Origin: Flavobacteriaceae bacterium
GTDB taxonomy: Bacteria > Bacteroidota > Bacteroidia > Flavobacteriales > Flavobacteriaceae
DNA length: 64,000 nt
Reading direction: 5' to 3'
Assembly: GCA_038106885.1 (NCBI GenBank)
Contig: JAYNFX010000003.1
Location: forward strand, 15,786-79,785
Positions 20,811 to 29,742 of the stretch are shown here, one piece after another. Position numbers and translations under genes: made by a program. The notes beneath the pieces were generated by a model that did not search any database, had not been told where the DNA came from, and worked only from the letters and a program-made list of their open reading frames with translations. The stretch's first letter is position 1. Each line of letters starts with the position of its first letter.

Positions 20811-21917
20811 TTAATGAGCATGTGCCTCATCATGATGTTCATGCTCTTCTGAAGCAAAACCAAAATACAAAGCAGAAAGCATTGTAAAAATATACGCTTG
20901 CAAAAGCGCTACAAGTACCTCAATTAAAGAGATTGCAAAGGCCAATCCGAAGGATAGTGGACTCCCCAACCAACTTTTAAATAAAAACATTAGCCCTATC
21001 AAACTCATTAACACAATGTGTCCAGCCTGCATGTTGGCATACAGACGAATAAGGAGAGAAAATGGCTTAATGAATATCCCTAACACTTCAATAGGAATTA
21101 AAATTATGTACAACAAAATTTTCCCATACCATGGCATCGAATCTCCCAGAGGATCAAAAATGTGTTTCCAATAGTCTTTTGTGCCTGTTAAATTTGTGAT
21201 TAAAAAAGTTAGCAGCGCTAACGCAAAAGTTACAGCGATATTCCCAGTAACATTAACACCCAAAGGGGTCAAACCAAAAATATTTAAAAACCATATGAAG
21301 AAAAATACTGTTAACAAAAATGGCATGTATTGCATATACTTTTTTTCTCCAATATTAGGAATAGCAATATCATCTCGAATGTAAATTACAATTGGCTCAA
21401 AAAATCGGCCGATCCCTGCTGCAACTCCATTGTTATTAATGTATGACCTAGCCAAAGCTCTAAAAATATAAAACATAAGTAAAGCTGTTATTAGAATCAT
21501 TACAACACTTTTTGTTATTGAAAAATCTAAGGGCTTTACGTTTGTAGGGTGATTATGATCGTCATAATTTATATCCCCCTGCTTGTTAGTTTTGTAAATT
21601 TTATTGTGATATAATTTATAAAAATTGCCATCTACCGCAGCTAAAGTCTCGCCATGGTTAAACTTAGATGAAGAAAATACTTTCAATCCGTCATCCCACA
21701 AAATAACAGGAAGTGGCGCTCCAACATAAATGTGAGCACCATCATCGTTAGTATAAGAAAACAAGCTAAAATCGTATGAATCCTGAAGGTGATGTTGAAT
21801 ATATGCTTTAATCTCTGACTTTTTATCAGTTTCAGGAGCTTTTTTTGAAGCCATTCCTAAAAATGGAATAAAAATTAAAATTAAAGTGGAAAATTTTAAT
21901 GTTAATTTGTTTTGCAT
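20811..21917 (-). CDS. atpB: ATP synthase Fo subunit a (long Bacteroidota form)
   Basis: SLLIRLYANMQAGH and LQAYIFTMLS motifs; N-terminal signal-like peptide and extension; His-rich tail. Confidence 0.97.
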   Translation of the reverse strand: MQNKLTLKFSTLILIFIPFLGMASKKAPETDKKSEIKAYIQHHLQDSYDFSLFSYTNDDGAHIYVGAPLPVILWDDGLKVFSSSKFNHGETLAAVDGNFYKLYHNKIYKTNKQGDINYDDHNHPTNVKPLDFSITKSVVMILITALLMFYIFRALARSYINNNGVAAGIGRFFEPIVIYIRDDIAIPNIGEKKYMQYMPFLLTVFFFIWFLNIFGLTPLGVNVTGNIAVTFALALLTFLITNLTGTKDYWKHIFDPLGDSMPWYGKILLYIILIPIEVLGIFIKPFSLLIRLYANMQAGHIVLMSLIGLMFLFKSWLGSPLSFGLAFAISLIEVLVALLQAYIFTMLSALYFGFASEEHEHHDEAHAH

Positions 21918-21946
21918 TGTTACCTTCTTGTGGTCTAAAAACGCTG

Positions 21947-21954
21947 CAAAGTTA
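21947..21954 (-). promoter_or_regulatory. -7 element (TAACTTTG) upstream of atpB
   Basis: Exact consensus 29 nt upstream of the atpB ATG. Confidence 0.65.
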
Positions 21955-22034
21955 TTGTTTTATATCTAAAACAAAAACAATTTTTGTTACTTTATTTTGT
22001 GTTAATAAATATTAAGAATTAGAGAAGGAAAATT

Positions 22035-22418
22035 CTACATTTTATTGAGCTGTTTACTGAGTTGGTAAGTTTCCAAAATTAGACAAATTGTATACGGAAG
22101 AAAAAAAGAAATAAACTCATAAATTATAATTTCGCCATCTTGTTTAAATGGACCATAAAAGATAACAAAAAACATCAAAAACTTCGTCCCACTTCCGAAC
22201 AAAAAAATAAAACCAATATGGTTTTTATACTTTTCTTTTAAGCTTACCAGTATCCAAAAAATTAATATTGCTATGATAGCATTACAACAATAAGACTCAA
22301 CAATCATATTTTGAAACAGCGGTTGGTCAATAAAATAATTGAGAAGAGTATGTAGCCCAAATGTAGACCCTAAAGTTATTAATACTGTTGAAGAAAATCT
22401 TCTAGTAACTTCATTCAT
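22035..22418 (-). CDS. Four-TM AtpI-like membrane protein (DUF6168-like)
   Basis: Four hydrophobic segments; GFIFL.GS..K and FFLPY...L.LE patterns; directly upstream of atpB. Confidence 0.7.
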   Translation of the reverse strand: MNEVTRRFSSTVLITLGSTFGLHTLLNYFIDQPLFQNMIVESYCCNAIIAILIFWILVSLKEKYKNHIGFIFLFGSGTKFLMFFVIFYGPFKQDGEIIIYEFISFFLPYTICLILETYQLSKQLNKM

Positions 22419-22642
22419 TCTTTATGAATCTTTTCTAGCTGTTTTAAGACTACATAAAGACTTAATGCAACTCCAGTAATAGCACCAATAGCCACAAAAG
22501 TTTTAGTGTTATTATTTAGATATAAATCTATCCTCTTACCAAAATAGATAAATATATATACAATAACTCCTATCTGTATTCCAAGTCCAGATAATTTAAT
22601 AAAGTTTTTAAGCGGATTGTCCTGATTTGACACTTGTTTCAA
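22415..22642 (-). CDS. AtpZ/AtpI-family (ATPase gene 1) protein
   Basis: Two TM helices with a G..IQ.G.....G...D pattern; TTG or GTG start inside the bactofilin 3' end. Confidence 0.75.
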   Translation of the reverse strand: MKQVSNQDNPLKNFIKLSGLGIQIGVIVYIFIYFGKRIDLYLNNNTKTFVAIGAITGVALSLYVVLKQLEKIHKE

Positions 22643-23036
22643 TGGTTTGCTTAATTTCTGTTTTGAGCTCCTTTACCGCATCTTTCATCTGACAATGAGC
22701 ATTAAAGATTGCACCAGGTTCAACAGCAAGTTTACCAGTTTGTACATCTCCTTCAATATTTGCTGAAGATCTTAAGCTTAGAGTATCTGAAACCACAAGA
22801 TTACCTTTGATTGTGCCTTCAATATCAGCATTATTACATGACAAACTACCATCAATAGTGCCTGTATTACCTACCACAACTTTTCCTTTTGTTAAGAGAG
22901 TCCCTTTAATAGTACCTTCAATTCTAAAGTCGCCTTCACTCTTCAAATCGCCCTCAAAAATAGAACCATGAGCTATCATGTTTTGCTTAGACAATCCATT
23001 ATTTTGTGTTCTTGGTTTTTTTGAATCTGTAAACAT
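22608..23036 (-). CDS. Bactofilin (polymer-forming cytoskeletal protein)
   Basis: Beta-helical repeats I..GS.FEGDL..EGDFRIEGTIKG...IEGDVQTGKLAVEPGAIFN. Confidence 0.92.
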   Translation of the reverse strand: MFTDSKKPRTQNNGLSKQNMIAHGSIFEGDLKSEGDFRIEGTIKGTLLTKGKVVVGNTGTIDGSLSCNNADIEGTIKGNLVVSDTLSLRSSANIEGDVQTGKLAVEPGAIFNAHCQMKDAVKELKTEIKQTIETSVKSGQSA

Positions 23037-23040
23037 AATT

Positions 23041-25560
23041 CTAGTTTTTATAATTAAAATTCTTTAAATAAGAATCAAGATTTTTATGTATTTGAAGTGT
23101 TTTATAATTGGTAGACGATATAGCAAAATATGACCTAGATAAAATTTCTTGATCATCAATCTCTAACAGTTCGACAAATCCTAACGCACCGCTAATACTT
23201 TTTAGTCCGTGAACTACTACAAATGTAGTATTAATATCGTAAATATCTTCTGATGCTGTTAATTCAAATACTATTTCTTTATCAATAATATCCTCTAAAG
23301 CTAATTTGAACTGATTTATTCGGTCCTTATCTAAGGCCGAAAAACTAAATATTGCCTTAAAGCTTGTGTCTTGTGATGACCTTGTAAAGCTCTCATTTTC
23401 TAAGCCAGGAATAATATTCTCAATAATATTTTGAGCCCGCTTGCCCTCAGTTGAATTTGGATAATTTAGTGAAAGATAGTTTAAACCTTCTTTATAAGCC
23501 TCTAACCCATACAAGCGAGCGTTTGAAATTGTTTTTAATAGTTCAAACTTTGGAACTATATCCTCACCTTCAAAAGCTAAAATCTCAAGTTCGCAATCAT
23601 TAATTACTTTTTGATATTTAGCTGCTTGAAAATCTTCATATAATACCCTGTAACGCTCCATTGGGCTTTGGCTATCGGCCTGTAAAATTTCCTGTGGATT
23701 TAAAAGAATTTTTGCATAACGTGAATCAGGGTAATTTTCTGTAATATCTATTCTTATTTTATCAGCAAGAGCGCTTTTGTTAAATGAAGTATAAGCTTTA
23801 TATAAGTTATATTTTGCAGGAAGTATTAATCGCTCTTGAGGTTGTTGACTAAGTAAAAATTGTAATTTTTCAATTGCCCGCGGATAATCTTTGAATTTAT
23901 TCCTGTAAATTAAACCAAGTCTGTAATAAGCTACATCACGCTTATTTTTGATGCTATCTATTTCCTCTTGAGCTTTAGGTAACTTTTCTATGAAGTATTG
24001 GGAGGTTATTCCCTTATTTCCTAATACAGAATCATTCTTTTGTAGTTTAATCGCTGAAGCTTTATTTTCAGATTTTGATGACCACCTCCAATTATCCGCT
24101 AATGGCCTTTTGCCCCAAAAATTTATAAACGCATTTTTACCATAAGCAACTGTGGTGGTTTGGTAAAAATAAAATCCTCCTTTATTTACTTCCTTGTTAT
24201 CATCAACTAAGTTTATTTTTCTGTAATTAGATTTCTTCTTTGAGCTATTATACTTTTTCTGTTCTGCTATTAAATTTTCTACATAAGGTTGGAAAAAATC
24301 TTCCAGCTGATTTTCAGACATTCTTGTTAGGCGAAGAATACTGTCGTTTTCTTTAGCAATAGTCTCATAAAAAATCACATCTTTTAAATTTTCAAATCGT
24401 TTTTTTACAAGTCTATACGATTTATTTTTTGTGTTGTATTTGGTAAGAGTGCTGTCATAATAAGCCCCTGCTAAAATATAATTAGAATTATCATAATAAT
24501 AGTCAGCAAGTGTGTGATAATTAACAGCACTTAGATACTGATCTTTAGAATTTGAAGATAAAGACTTATTGTAATAATTTATTGCTATTGAGTCCTTACT
24601 AATTTTTATATAGTGATTAGCAATGACGTGATATATCATTGCCAAAAAGGGTCGATTTTCTCTATCATTTTCTAAAAATTCTAAAAATTCATGTAAGACA
24701 ACTAAATCGCCTGAATCGTAATTAAAATTCTTGATTTGTTCCAAAAATGCATTTATTCTGTATTTCCTAGAAATACTTCTTTTCAAGTCAATTACTTTTT
24801 GAAAAGAGTTGTTAGCCATCTCTGGTATGTTTTTTAAATTATAAAGCTGCCCTTGAATGTATAAAAGTCTTCCTTTTTGTTCCTTGTTTTTTGTAATATC
24901 GACAGCTTTTTCAATAGATGTAATCGCCAAGTCTATTTCAGATTGATTAATATATAATTGAGCCAAAGTTGTAAGGGCTTCTAGGCGATCATCATTGTTT
25001 AAGTCCTTTTTTTGTAATAATAAGTTTAAATTTTCTAATGCAATTGCCTCATTTTCGAGTCTGAGATTAGTTTTAGCTTTCCATACTTTTGCTGTATTTA
25101 TATTACTGCTACCAGGATATTTAAAAAGAACATAATTAAATGCTTCAATGGCAGGAATAAATCTACCGCTATAATACCTTGCTTTACCTAAAAGTATATA
25201 TGCTTCATCTATTTGAGGATTTTTTTCCTTCCCTTTTACACTCATTCCGTGAGTTTGAACAGCTTTAATTGCTTTCTCTTCAGCTCTTTGTAAATCTGAA
25301 TTTTGTTCATCATCCTCAATAGAAAAATCTTTAACATTGATTTGCTCTATTGGTAAAATTTCCCAAAAATTGTCGTAATATTTTGATTCAATATCATTTA
25401 GTGCGGTTTCATAAGCGACACCTCCATTAAACAAAACATTATATTTTGTATTTAAAGCATGCCAATTTCTGTTAATGAAACGGTCTTTTTTCCTAGAGCA
25501 ACTAAAAATAATTAGTACTCCAGAGACAAAAACTAAAATATGTCTAAAAAACTTATTCAA
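23041..25560 (-). CDS. sprE: T9SS/gliding TPR lipoprotein, SprE/PorW family
   Basis: Lipobox IIFSC; H.LNTKYNVLFNG, IDEAYILLGKARYY and FYFY....V..G...F...WGKRPLADNWRWS patterns; TPR repeats; TTG start. Confidence 0.8.
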   Translation of the reverse strand: MNKFFRHILVFVSGVLIIFSCSRKKDRFINRNWHALNTKYNVLFNGGVAYETALNDIESKYYDNFWEILPIEQINVKDFSIEDDEQNSDLQRAEEKAIKAVQTHGMSVKGKEKNPQIDEAYILLGKARYYSGRFIPAIEAFNYVLFKYPGSSNINTAKVWKAKTNLRLENEAIALENLNLLLQKKDLNNDDRLEALTTLAQLYINQSEIDLAITSIEKAVDITKNKEQKGRLLYIQGQLYNLKNIPEMANNSFQKVIDLKRSISRKYRINAFLEQIKNFNYDSGDLVVLHEFLEFLENDRENRPFLAMIYHVIANHYIKISKDSIAINYYNKSLSSNSKDQYLSAVNYHTLADYYYDNSNYILAGAYYDSTLTKYNTKNKSYRLVKKRFENLKDVIFYETIAKENDSILRLTRMSENQLEDFFQPYVENLIAEQKKYNSSKKKSNYRKINLVDDNKEVNKGGFYFYQTTTVAYGKNAFINFWGKRPLADNWRWSSKSENKASAIKLQKNDSVLGNKGITSQYFIEKLPKAQEEIDSIKNKRDVAYYRLGLIYRNKFKDYPRAIEKLQFLLSQQPQERLILPAKYNLYKAYTSFNKSALADKIRIDITENYPDSRYAKILLNPQEILQADSQSPMERYRVLYEDFQAAKYQKVINDCELEILAFEGEDIVPKFELLKTISNARLYGLEAYKEGLNYLSLNYPNSTEGKRAQNIIENIIPGLENESFTRSSQDTSFKAIFSFSALDKDRINQFKLALEDIIDKEIVFELTASEDIYDINTTFVVVHGLKSISGALGFVELLEIDDQEILSRSYFAISSTNYKTLQIHKNLDSYLKNFNYKN

Positions 25561-25743
25561 TTAAATATTTTATTTCTAATAACTCTTAACCTTGATTTAT
25601 GGTATGCAAAGTTTGTAAAAATACTCATCTTTTTGAATAAAACTAATTATTTTAGGGGTTTTGATCTGTAGGATAACATGAAATTTTATTTAAGGAATTC
25701 AATTTTAGCGATCTATTAACAATCTATTAAATAGTTTCTTTAG

Positions 25744-25751
25744 TATTTTTG
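25744..25751 (+). promoter_or_regulatory. -7 element (TATTTTTG) for the reductase gene
   Basis: TAnnTTTG match 16 nt before the ATG at 25768. AT-rich context lowers its specificity. Confidence 0.5.
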
Positions 25752-25767
25752 TTTAAAAATATTGTGT

Positions 25768-26829
25768 ATGGCTTCATTTCATGAACTTATAATCTCCGAC
25801 GTTGTTAAAGAAACGCCAGAAGCTGTAAGTGTTACTTTTGATGTTCCCTTTGAACTTAAATCTAAATATATATTCCTGCCTGGACAATACTTGACATTAG
25901 AATCACTAATAAATAATGAAAAAATTCGTAGAGATTATTCAATAAGCTCAACACCGTCAAGTGGGAACTTAACTGTAACCATTAAAAAAGTTAAAAATGG
26001 AATATTTTCGAATTATGCTAATGATTCGCTACGAAAAGGAAGTTTAATTAACGTCTCATTACCAAGGGGTAGATTCGTTTATGATAGCATTTCAAATTCT
26101 CCAAAAATAATTTTTGCTTTTGCAGCAGGTAGTGGTATTACTCCAATAATAAGTATAATTAAAACTGCTTTAGAAAATTCTACGAAAACTTCTTGTAAGT
26201 TGATTTATGGAAATAAATCTCCGAAAACAACGATATTTTTAAATGATCTTAATCATTTAAAGCAGGTACATAAAAATAGATTTGATCTTCAACTCGTTTA
26301 TAGCCAAGCTCAAGTTGAAAATTCCTTAAATGGCCGAATTGATGCTGAAAAAACAGCTCATTTTTTACAGAATTTAAGCTCAGATCAAAAATCATTATCT
26401 AATTATTATTTATGTGGTCCTGAGAAAATGATTTTTAATGTTAAAAATGAACTTCTGAAGAACAATATTAAGGAAGAAAAAATACTTTTTGAATTATTTT
26501 CGTCTACATCTAGCTTAGAAACTAAAAATAATCTCAACTCAAATAATAGTTTTTGTGAAGCAACGATTCAGTTTGAAGATTCTACAGAAAAAATTAAGAT
26601 TTTAAAAGATCAAACCGTACTTGATGCAGCTTTGTCAAAGGATATTGAAGTGCCTTACTCATGTAAAGGGGGCGTGTGTAGTAGTTGTATTTGCAGAATA
26701 AAAGAAGGCGGTGCTCAAATGAGGCAAAACAGTGTACTAACTGATAAAGAAGTCGAGGAAGGATTAGTACTAAGTTGTCAAGCAGTTCCAACTACAGCAA
26801 ATCTAATAGTTGATTTTGATGATGTTTAA
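25768..26829 (+). CDS. PaaE-like FAD/NAD(P)-binding reductase with C-terminal [2Fe-2S] ferredoxin
   Basis: RDYSISS, AAGSGITP, YLCGP and PYSCKGGVCSSC...LSCQ motifs. Confidence 0.92.
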   Translation: MASFHELIISDVVKETPEAVSVTFDVPFELKSKYIFLPGQYLTLESLINNEKIRRDYSISSTPSSGNLTVTIKKVKNGIFSNYANDSLRKGSLINVSLPRGRFVYDSISNSPKIIFAFAAGSGITPIISIIKTALENSTKTSCKLIYGNKSPKTTIFLNDLNHLKQVHKNRFDLQLVYSQAQVENSLNGRIDAEKTAHFLQNLSSDQKSLSNYYLCGPEKMIFNVKNELLKNNIKEEKILFELFSSTSSLETKNNLNSNNSFCEATIQFEDSTEKIKILKDQTVLDAALSKDIEVPYSCKGGVCSSCICRIKEGGAQMRQNSVLTDKEVEEGLVLSCQAVPTTANLIVDFDDV

Positions 26830-27845
26830 ATGTTATTTTTAATAGCCTTTAAAACTTCGCTCTCTGGAATTGATGCAATAGCATTTTCATAATTTTTGGG
26901 GTAAATATTTCCGTAAATTGAAGTCGGTATTAATGGAAATGCACTTCTGTCGCTAAGCAAACAATTACTGAAAGGTTGATTAAATGGCTTAAAGCCAGCA
27001 AAAGGATGGGTAACTCCCCATAAAGTTATTACTTTAACTCCCATCATTGCAGCCATATGCGCATTACCTGAGTCCATGGATATCATTAATTTAAGGTGAG
27101 ACATTAATTGAATTTCTTCTTCCATGGGAACCTTTCCAGAAAATGAAATTATTGAGCTAGATTGATTCGCTATTTTATCAAGAATTTTTGTTTCATTTTT
27201 TCCGCCACCAAATAAAACTACTGTATAATCTTTAGATAAAATATTAATAATATTTTTCATTTTATCCAATGGATAAATTTTTGATTTGTATGCAGCAAAA
27301 GGAGCAACCCCTATAAGTGATTTGGTATTAATTTTTATCATTTCTTTTAAAGACGAAGAAAGAACTAAAGGGGGTGGAAATTTTGGGTTTTCTAAATTAA
27401 GCTTTAATCCAAAAGCTCTTATTACATCTGCATAACGTTCTATAGTTGATTTTAAAGGCTTAAACGATTTGCCTTTTACTAACTTCTTCTTCTCAGATCT
27501 AGCTTTATTAATAGCCTTATAAGAATAGCCCAATAAAAATAATTTTAAAATTTTAGTTCTAAGTACATTGTGTAGATCGGCAATAAAATCAACATTTAAA
27601 GTCTTTATCTTTTTAGAGAGTTTTAATAGACCCAAAAGACCCCTATATTCGTTCTGAAAATCTACTCCAATTACATTGACCGTTTCAAGGTGCGAATATA
27701 GCGGGGTAAAATGCTTTTTTGTTAGGATTGAGATCTTTAGGCTAGGGTGTGAGTTTAGCATTTCTGAGATTACCGGTACTGTCATTGCTACATCTCCTAG
27801 AGAGGAAAACCGAATAATCAGTATATGCTTATTGCTGTTTTTCAA
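26826..27845 (-). CDS. Glycosyltransferase family 9 (heptosyltransferase-like)
   Basis: ILIIRFSSLGDVAM and MDSGNAHMAA...TLWG.T motifs. Confidence 0.92.
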   Translation of the reverse strand: MKNSNKHILIIRFSSLGDVAMTVPVISEMLNSHPSLKISILTKKHFTPLYSHLETVNVIGVDFQNEYRGLLGLLKLSKKIKTLNVDFIADLHNVLRTKILKLFLLGYSYKAINKARSEKKKLVKGKSFKPLKSTIERYADVIRAFGLKLNLENPKFPPPLVLSSSLKEMIKINTKSLIGVAPFAAYKSKIYPLDKMKNIINILSKDYTVVLFGGGKNETKILDKIANQSSSIISFSGKVPMEEEIQLMSHLKLMISMDSGNAHMAAMMGVKVITLWGVTHPFAGFKPFNQPFSNCLLSDRSAFPLIPTSIYGNIYPKNYENAIASIPESEVLKAIKNNI

Positions 27846-27853
27846 TTATAAAT

Positions 27854-28462
27854 TTACTTTTGAGACCGAAGCACTGGGTTAAGTTCATCATCGTTATACA
27901 TCTTCATTTGCTTGTAAACTTTCATGAACTTGTTACCTTTTGAAATATCATCTAATAAATCATCAATTGCAGCTGATAGATCCTTTCTTTGCTCCAGTAA
28001 GATATTTAATTTAACCAAACACTTTTCTTTATGTGATTCAGAAGCATCTTCTCTTAAAGTTTCATGCTCCATGTGATAGATTTTTAAAGCTAAAATTGAT
28101 AAGCGGTCAATTGCCCAAGCAGGACTCTCTGAATTTATTTTGGCTCCTTTTTTAGTTTCAACGTCTTTATATAAATTTAGAAAATATGTATCAATAAATT
28201 CAACTGTGTCAGTACGATCTTGGTTTGAAGCATCAATCATGCGCTTTAATTTTAATGCCTCTTTGGGATCAATATTAGGATCACGAATAATATCTTCATA
28301 AGCCCATTGAACTGTATCAATCCAGCATTTCCTGTATAATAGATGTTCAATTAAACTTGAATCCTTATCATATTTATTAATAAAAGGTTGGTCTACTGTA
28401 TTTATTGCCTTGTATGTAAATATGGCTTCTTGGAAAATTGAATTAGCTATAACTGAAAACAT
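27854..28462 (-). CDS. DUF4254-family protein
   Basis: WIDTVQW..EDIIR, KR.ID.SNQ.RTD.VE.ID, NSESPAWAIDRLSILALKIYHM and QMKMYND motifs. Confidence 0.85.
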   Translation of the reverse strand: MFSVIANSIFQEAIFTYKAINTVDQPFINKYDKDSSLIEHLLYRKCWIDTVQWAYEDIIRDPNIDPKEALKLKRMIDASNQDRTDTVEFIDTYFLNLYKDVETKKGAKINSESPAWAIDRLSILALKIYHMEHETLREDASESHKEKCLVKLNILLEQRKDLSAAIDDLLDDISKGNKFMKVYKQMKMYNDDELNPVLRSQK

Positions 28463-28480
28463 AATTATATTTTAATATTA

Positions 28481-28488
28481 CAAATATA
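28481..28488 (-). promoter_or_regulatory. -7 element (TATATTTG) for DUF4254-GT9
   Basis: Exact consensus 18 nt upstream of the ATG. Confidence 0.6.
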
Positions 28489-28506
28489 ATGCAATTTATT
28501 GCAGTC

Positions 28507-29430
28507 TTAATCTATTATAAAATTTGTTATAATCTTGAATAAGCTTAAAGCAATTATTGTAATTATAAAAAATTCTGAAACCAAATTTGTCCTTTGATTT
28601 TGAGTAAAATTTGCGGCAATTATTGAAATTGGAAAAAAAGAAAAAAGAAAATTTTGCGGCACGCTAATATTTGAAATTAACGACATTGTAATGCAACTCA
28701 AAAAAATAGAAAGAAGAATAATATACAATGGCTTCGATGGGTTAGGTTTGATTATAGTTTCACTAAAAGTTTGTGAAATAACCCAGCCGGAAAAAAGAAA
28801 CATTATAAAAAATGAAATTTTTGAATAAAAATCGGATGTAAAAATAAAATTTATGCTGATTTGAGAATAATCCAATGTCATTTCAGGAACAGAAACATCA
28901 AATAATACATCTGTCATGATGGCTAAAAAAACTATTGAAAGAAAGCCTAAAGCCAAAATAATGAAGTGTTTAATACTATCTTTTCTCCATAAAAAAAATG
29001 TTATTAAAAAAGGAGCTATAAAAATTCCTGCCCATGGGAAGAAAAATACAGCAATACAAAGCCATATTCCAACATCAAAATATTTTTTTTTCAAATTTGA
29101 CTTACTATTCAAACTTAAAATTCTTCTAAAAGCAAGAAGCATAAACATGTTAGAAATTATAATGTCTGAATTAGTTACAGAATCAGGAAACAAAAAAATG
29201 AATAGGCAAAAATAAAAAGCAGCAAAGCTATTATTCTGTGTTAAATTATTTTTCGTGATAATAAAAACAACTAAAAAGAATGAAATTATTAAACATAAAA
29301 ACGTTATTGTAATTTTTAAAGTTCCTAAATTTTTAATTACATAAAATTGATTAAAAAAAATAAATGTAATTGCTAATAAAAAAAGGATATAGTGAAAAGG
29401 CCTAGATATTTTAAAAAACCTTGTTATCAT
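28507..29430 (-). CDS. Multi-pass membrane protein (DUF6427-like)
   Basis: Highly hydrophobic; KNNLT..NS and LLAFRRILSL.S....KKK.FD patterns; conserved position near purD. Confidence 0.7.
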   Translation of the reverse strand: MITRFFKISRPFHYILFLLAITFIFFNQFYVIKNLGTLKITITFLCLIISFFLVVFIITKNNLTQNNSFAAFYFCLFIFLFPDSVTNSDIIISNMFMLLAFRRILSLNSKSNLKKKYFDVGIWLCIAVFFFPWAGIFIAPFLITFFLWRKDSIKHFIILALGFLSIVFLAIMTDVLFDVSVPEMTLDYSQISINFIFTSDFYSKISFFIMFLFSGWVISQTFSETIIKPNPSKPLYIILLSIFLSCITMSLISNISVPQNFLFSFFPISIIAANFTQNQRTNLVSEFFIITIIALSLFKIITNFIID

Positions 29431-29451
29431 TTTATTTGTTAACTATATTTG
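29421..29451 (+). promoter_or_regulatory. Promoter: -33 TTG (29421-29423) and -7 TATATTTG (29444-29451)
   Basis: Consensus elements with a 20-nt spacer, upstream of the 75-aa gene. Confidence 0.65.
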
Positions 29452-29514
29452 CAAAGTAAATATAAGCCTATTCTAGAAATTTGTGCTTTTATGATAACCT
29501 TTTAAACCTACAAT

Positions 29515-29742
29515 ATGAAAGATTTTTTTAACGGTATTCAAGAGCTTTTCGAAACTGTTTTGTTTGTTCCATTTAACACTTTGAGGGAAACTGAGTTAGA
29601 AAATTGGTGGATATCAAACATTGTAACATGGGTTTTTCTACTGATCCTAATAGTTAGCTTTTCTTACTGGATGCTTGAGTTAAAAAAATTTAGTGACAAC
29701 AACGAAGAAGATAAAAGCATAAGCTCTCACTCTTTCTTATAA
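29515..29742 (+). CDS. Small membrane protein (DUF6341-like)
   Basis: MKDFF.GI..LF..VLF.P...LR..ELENWW..N...W pattern with one TM helix; convergent with purD. Confidence 0.75.
   Translation: MKDFFNGIQELFETVLFVPFNTLRETELENWWISNIVTWVFLLILIVSFSYWMLELKKFSDNNEEDKSISSHSFL

Noticed and set aside
16964-21917. Missing atpD and atpC as a defective ATP synthase operon
   Set aside because: A separate atpDC locus is normal in Bacteroidota, and the operon ends in a proper terminator.
29515-29742. Calling the 75-aa gene uracil phosphoribosyltransferase
   Set aside because: It is too short, has a TM helix and lacks a PRPP-binding motif.
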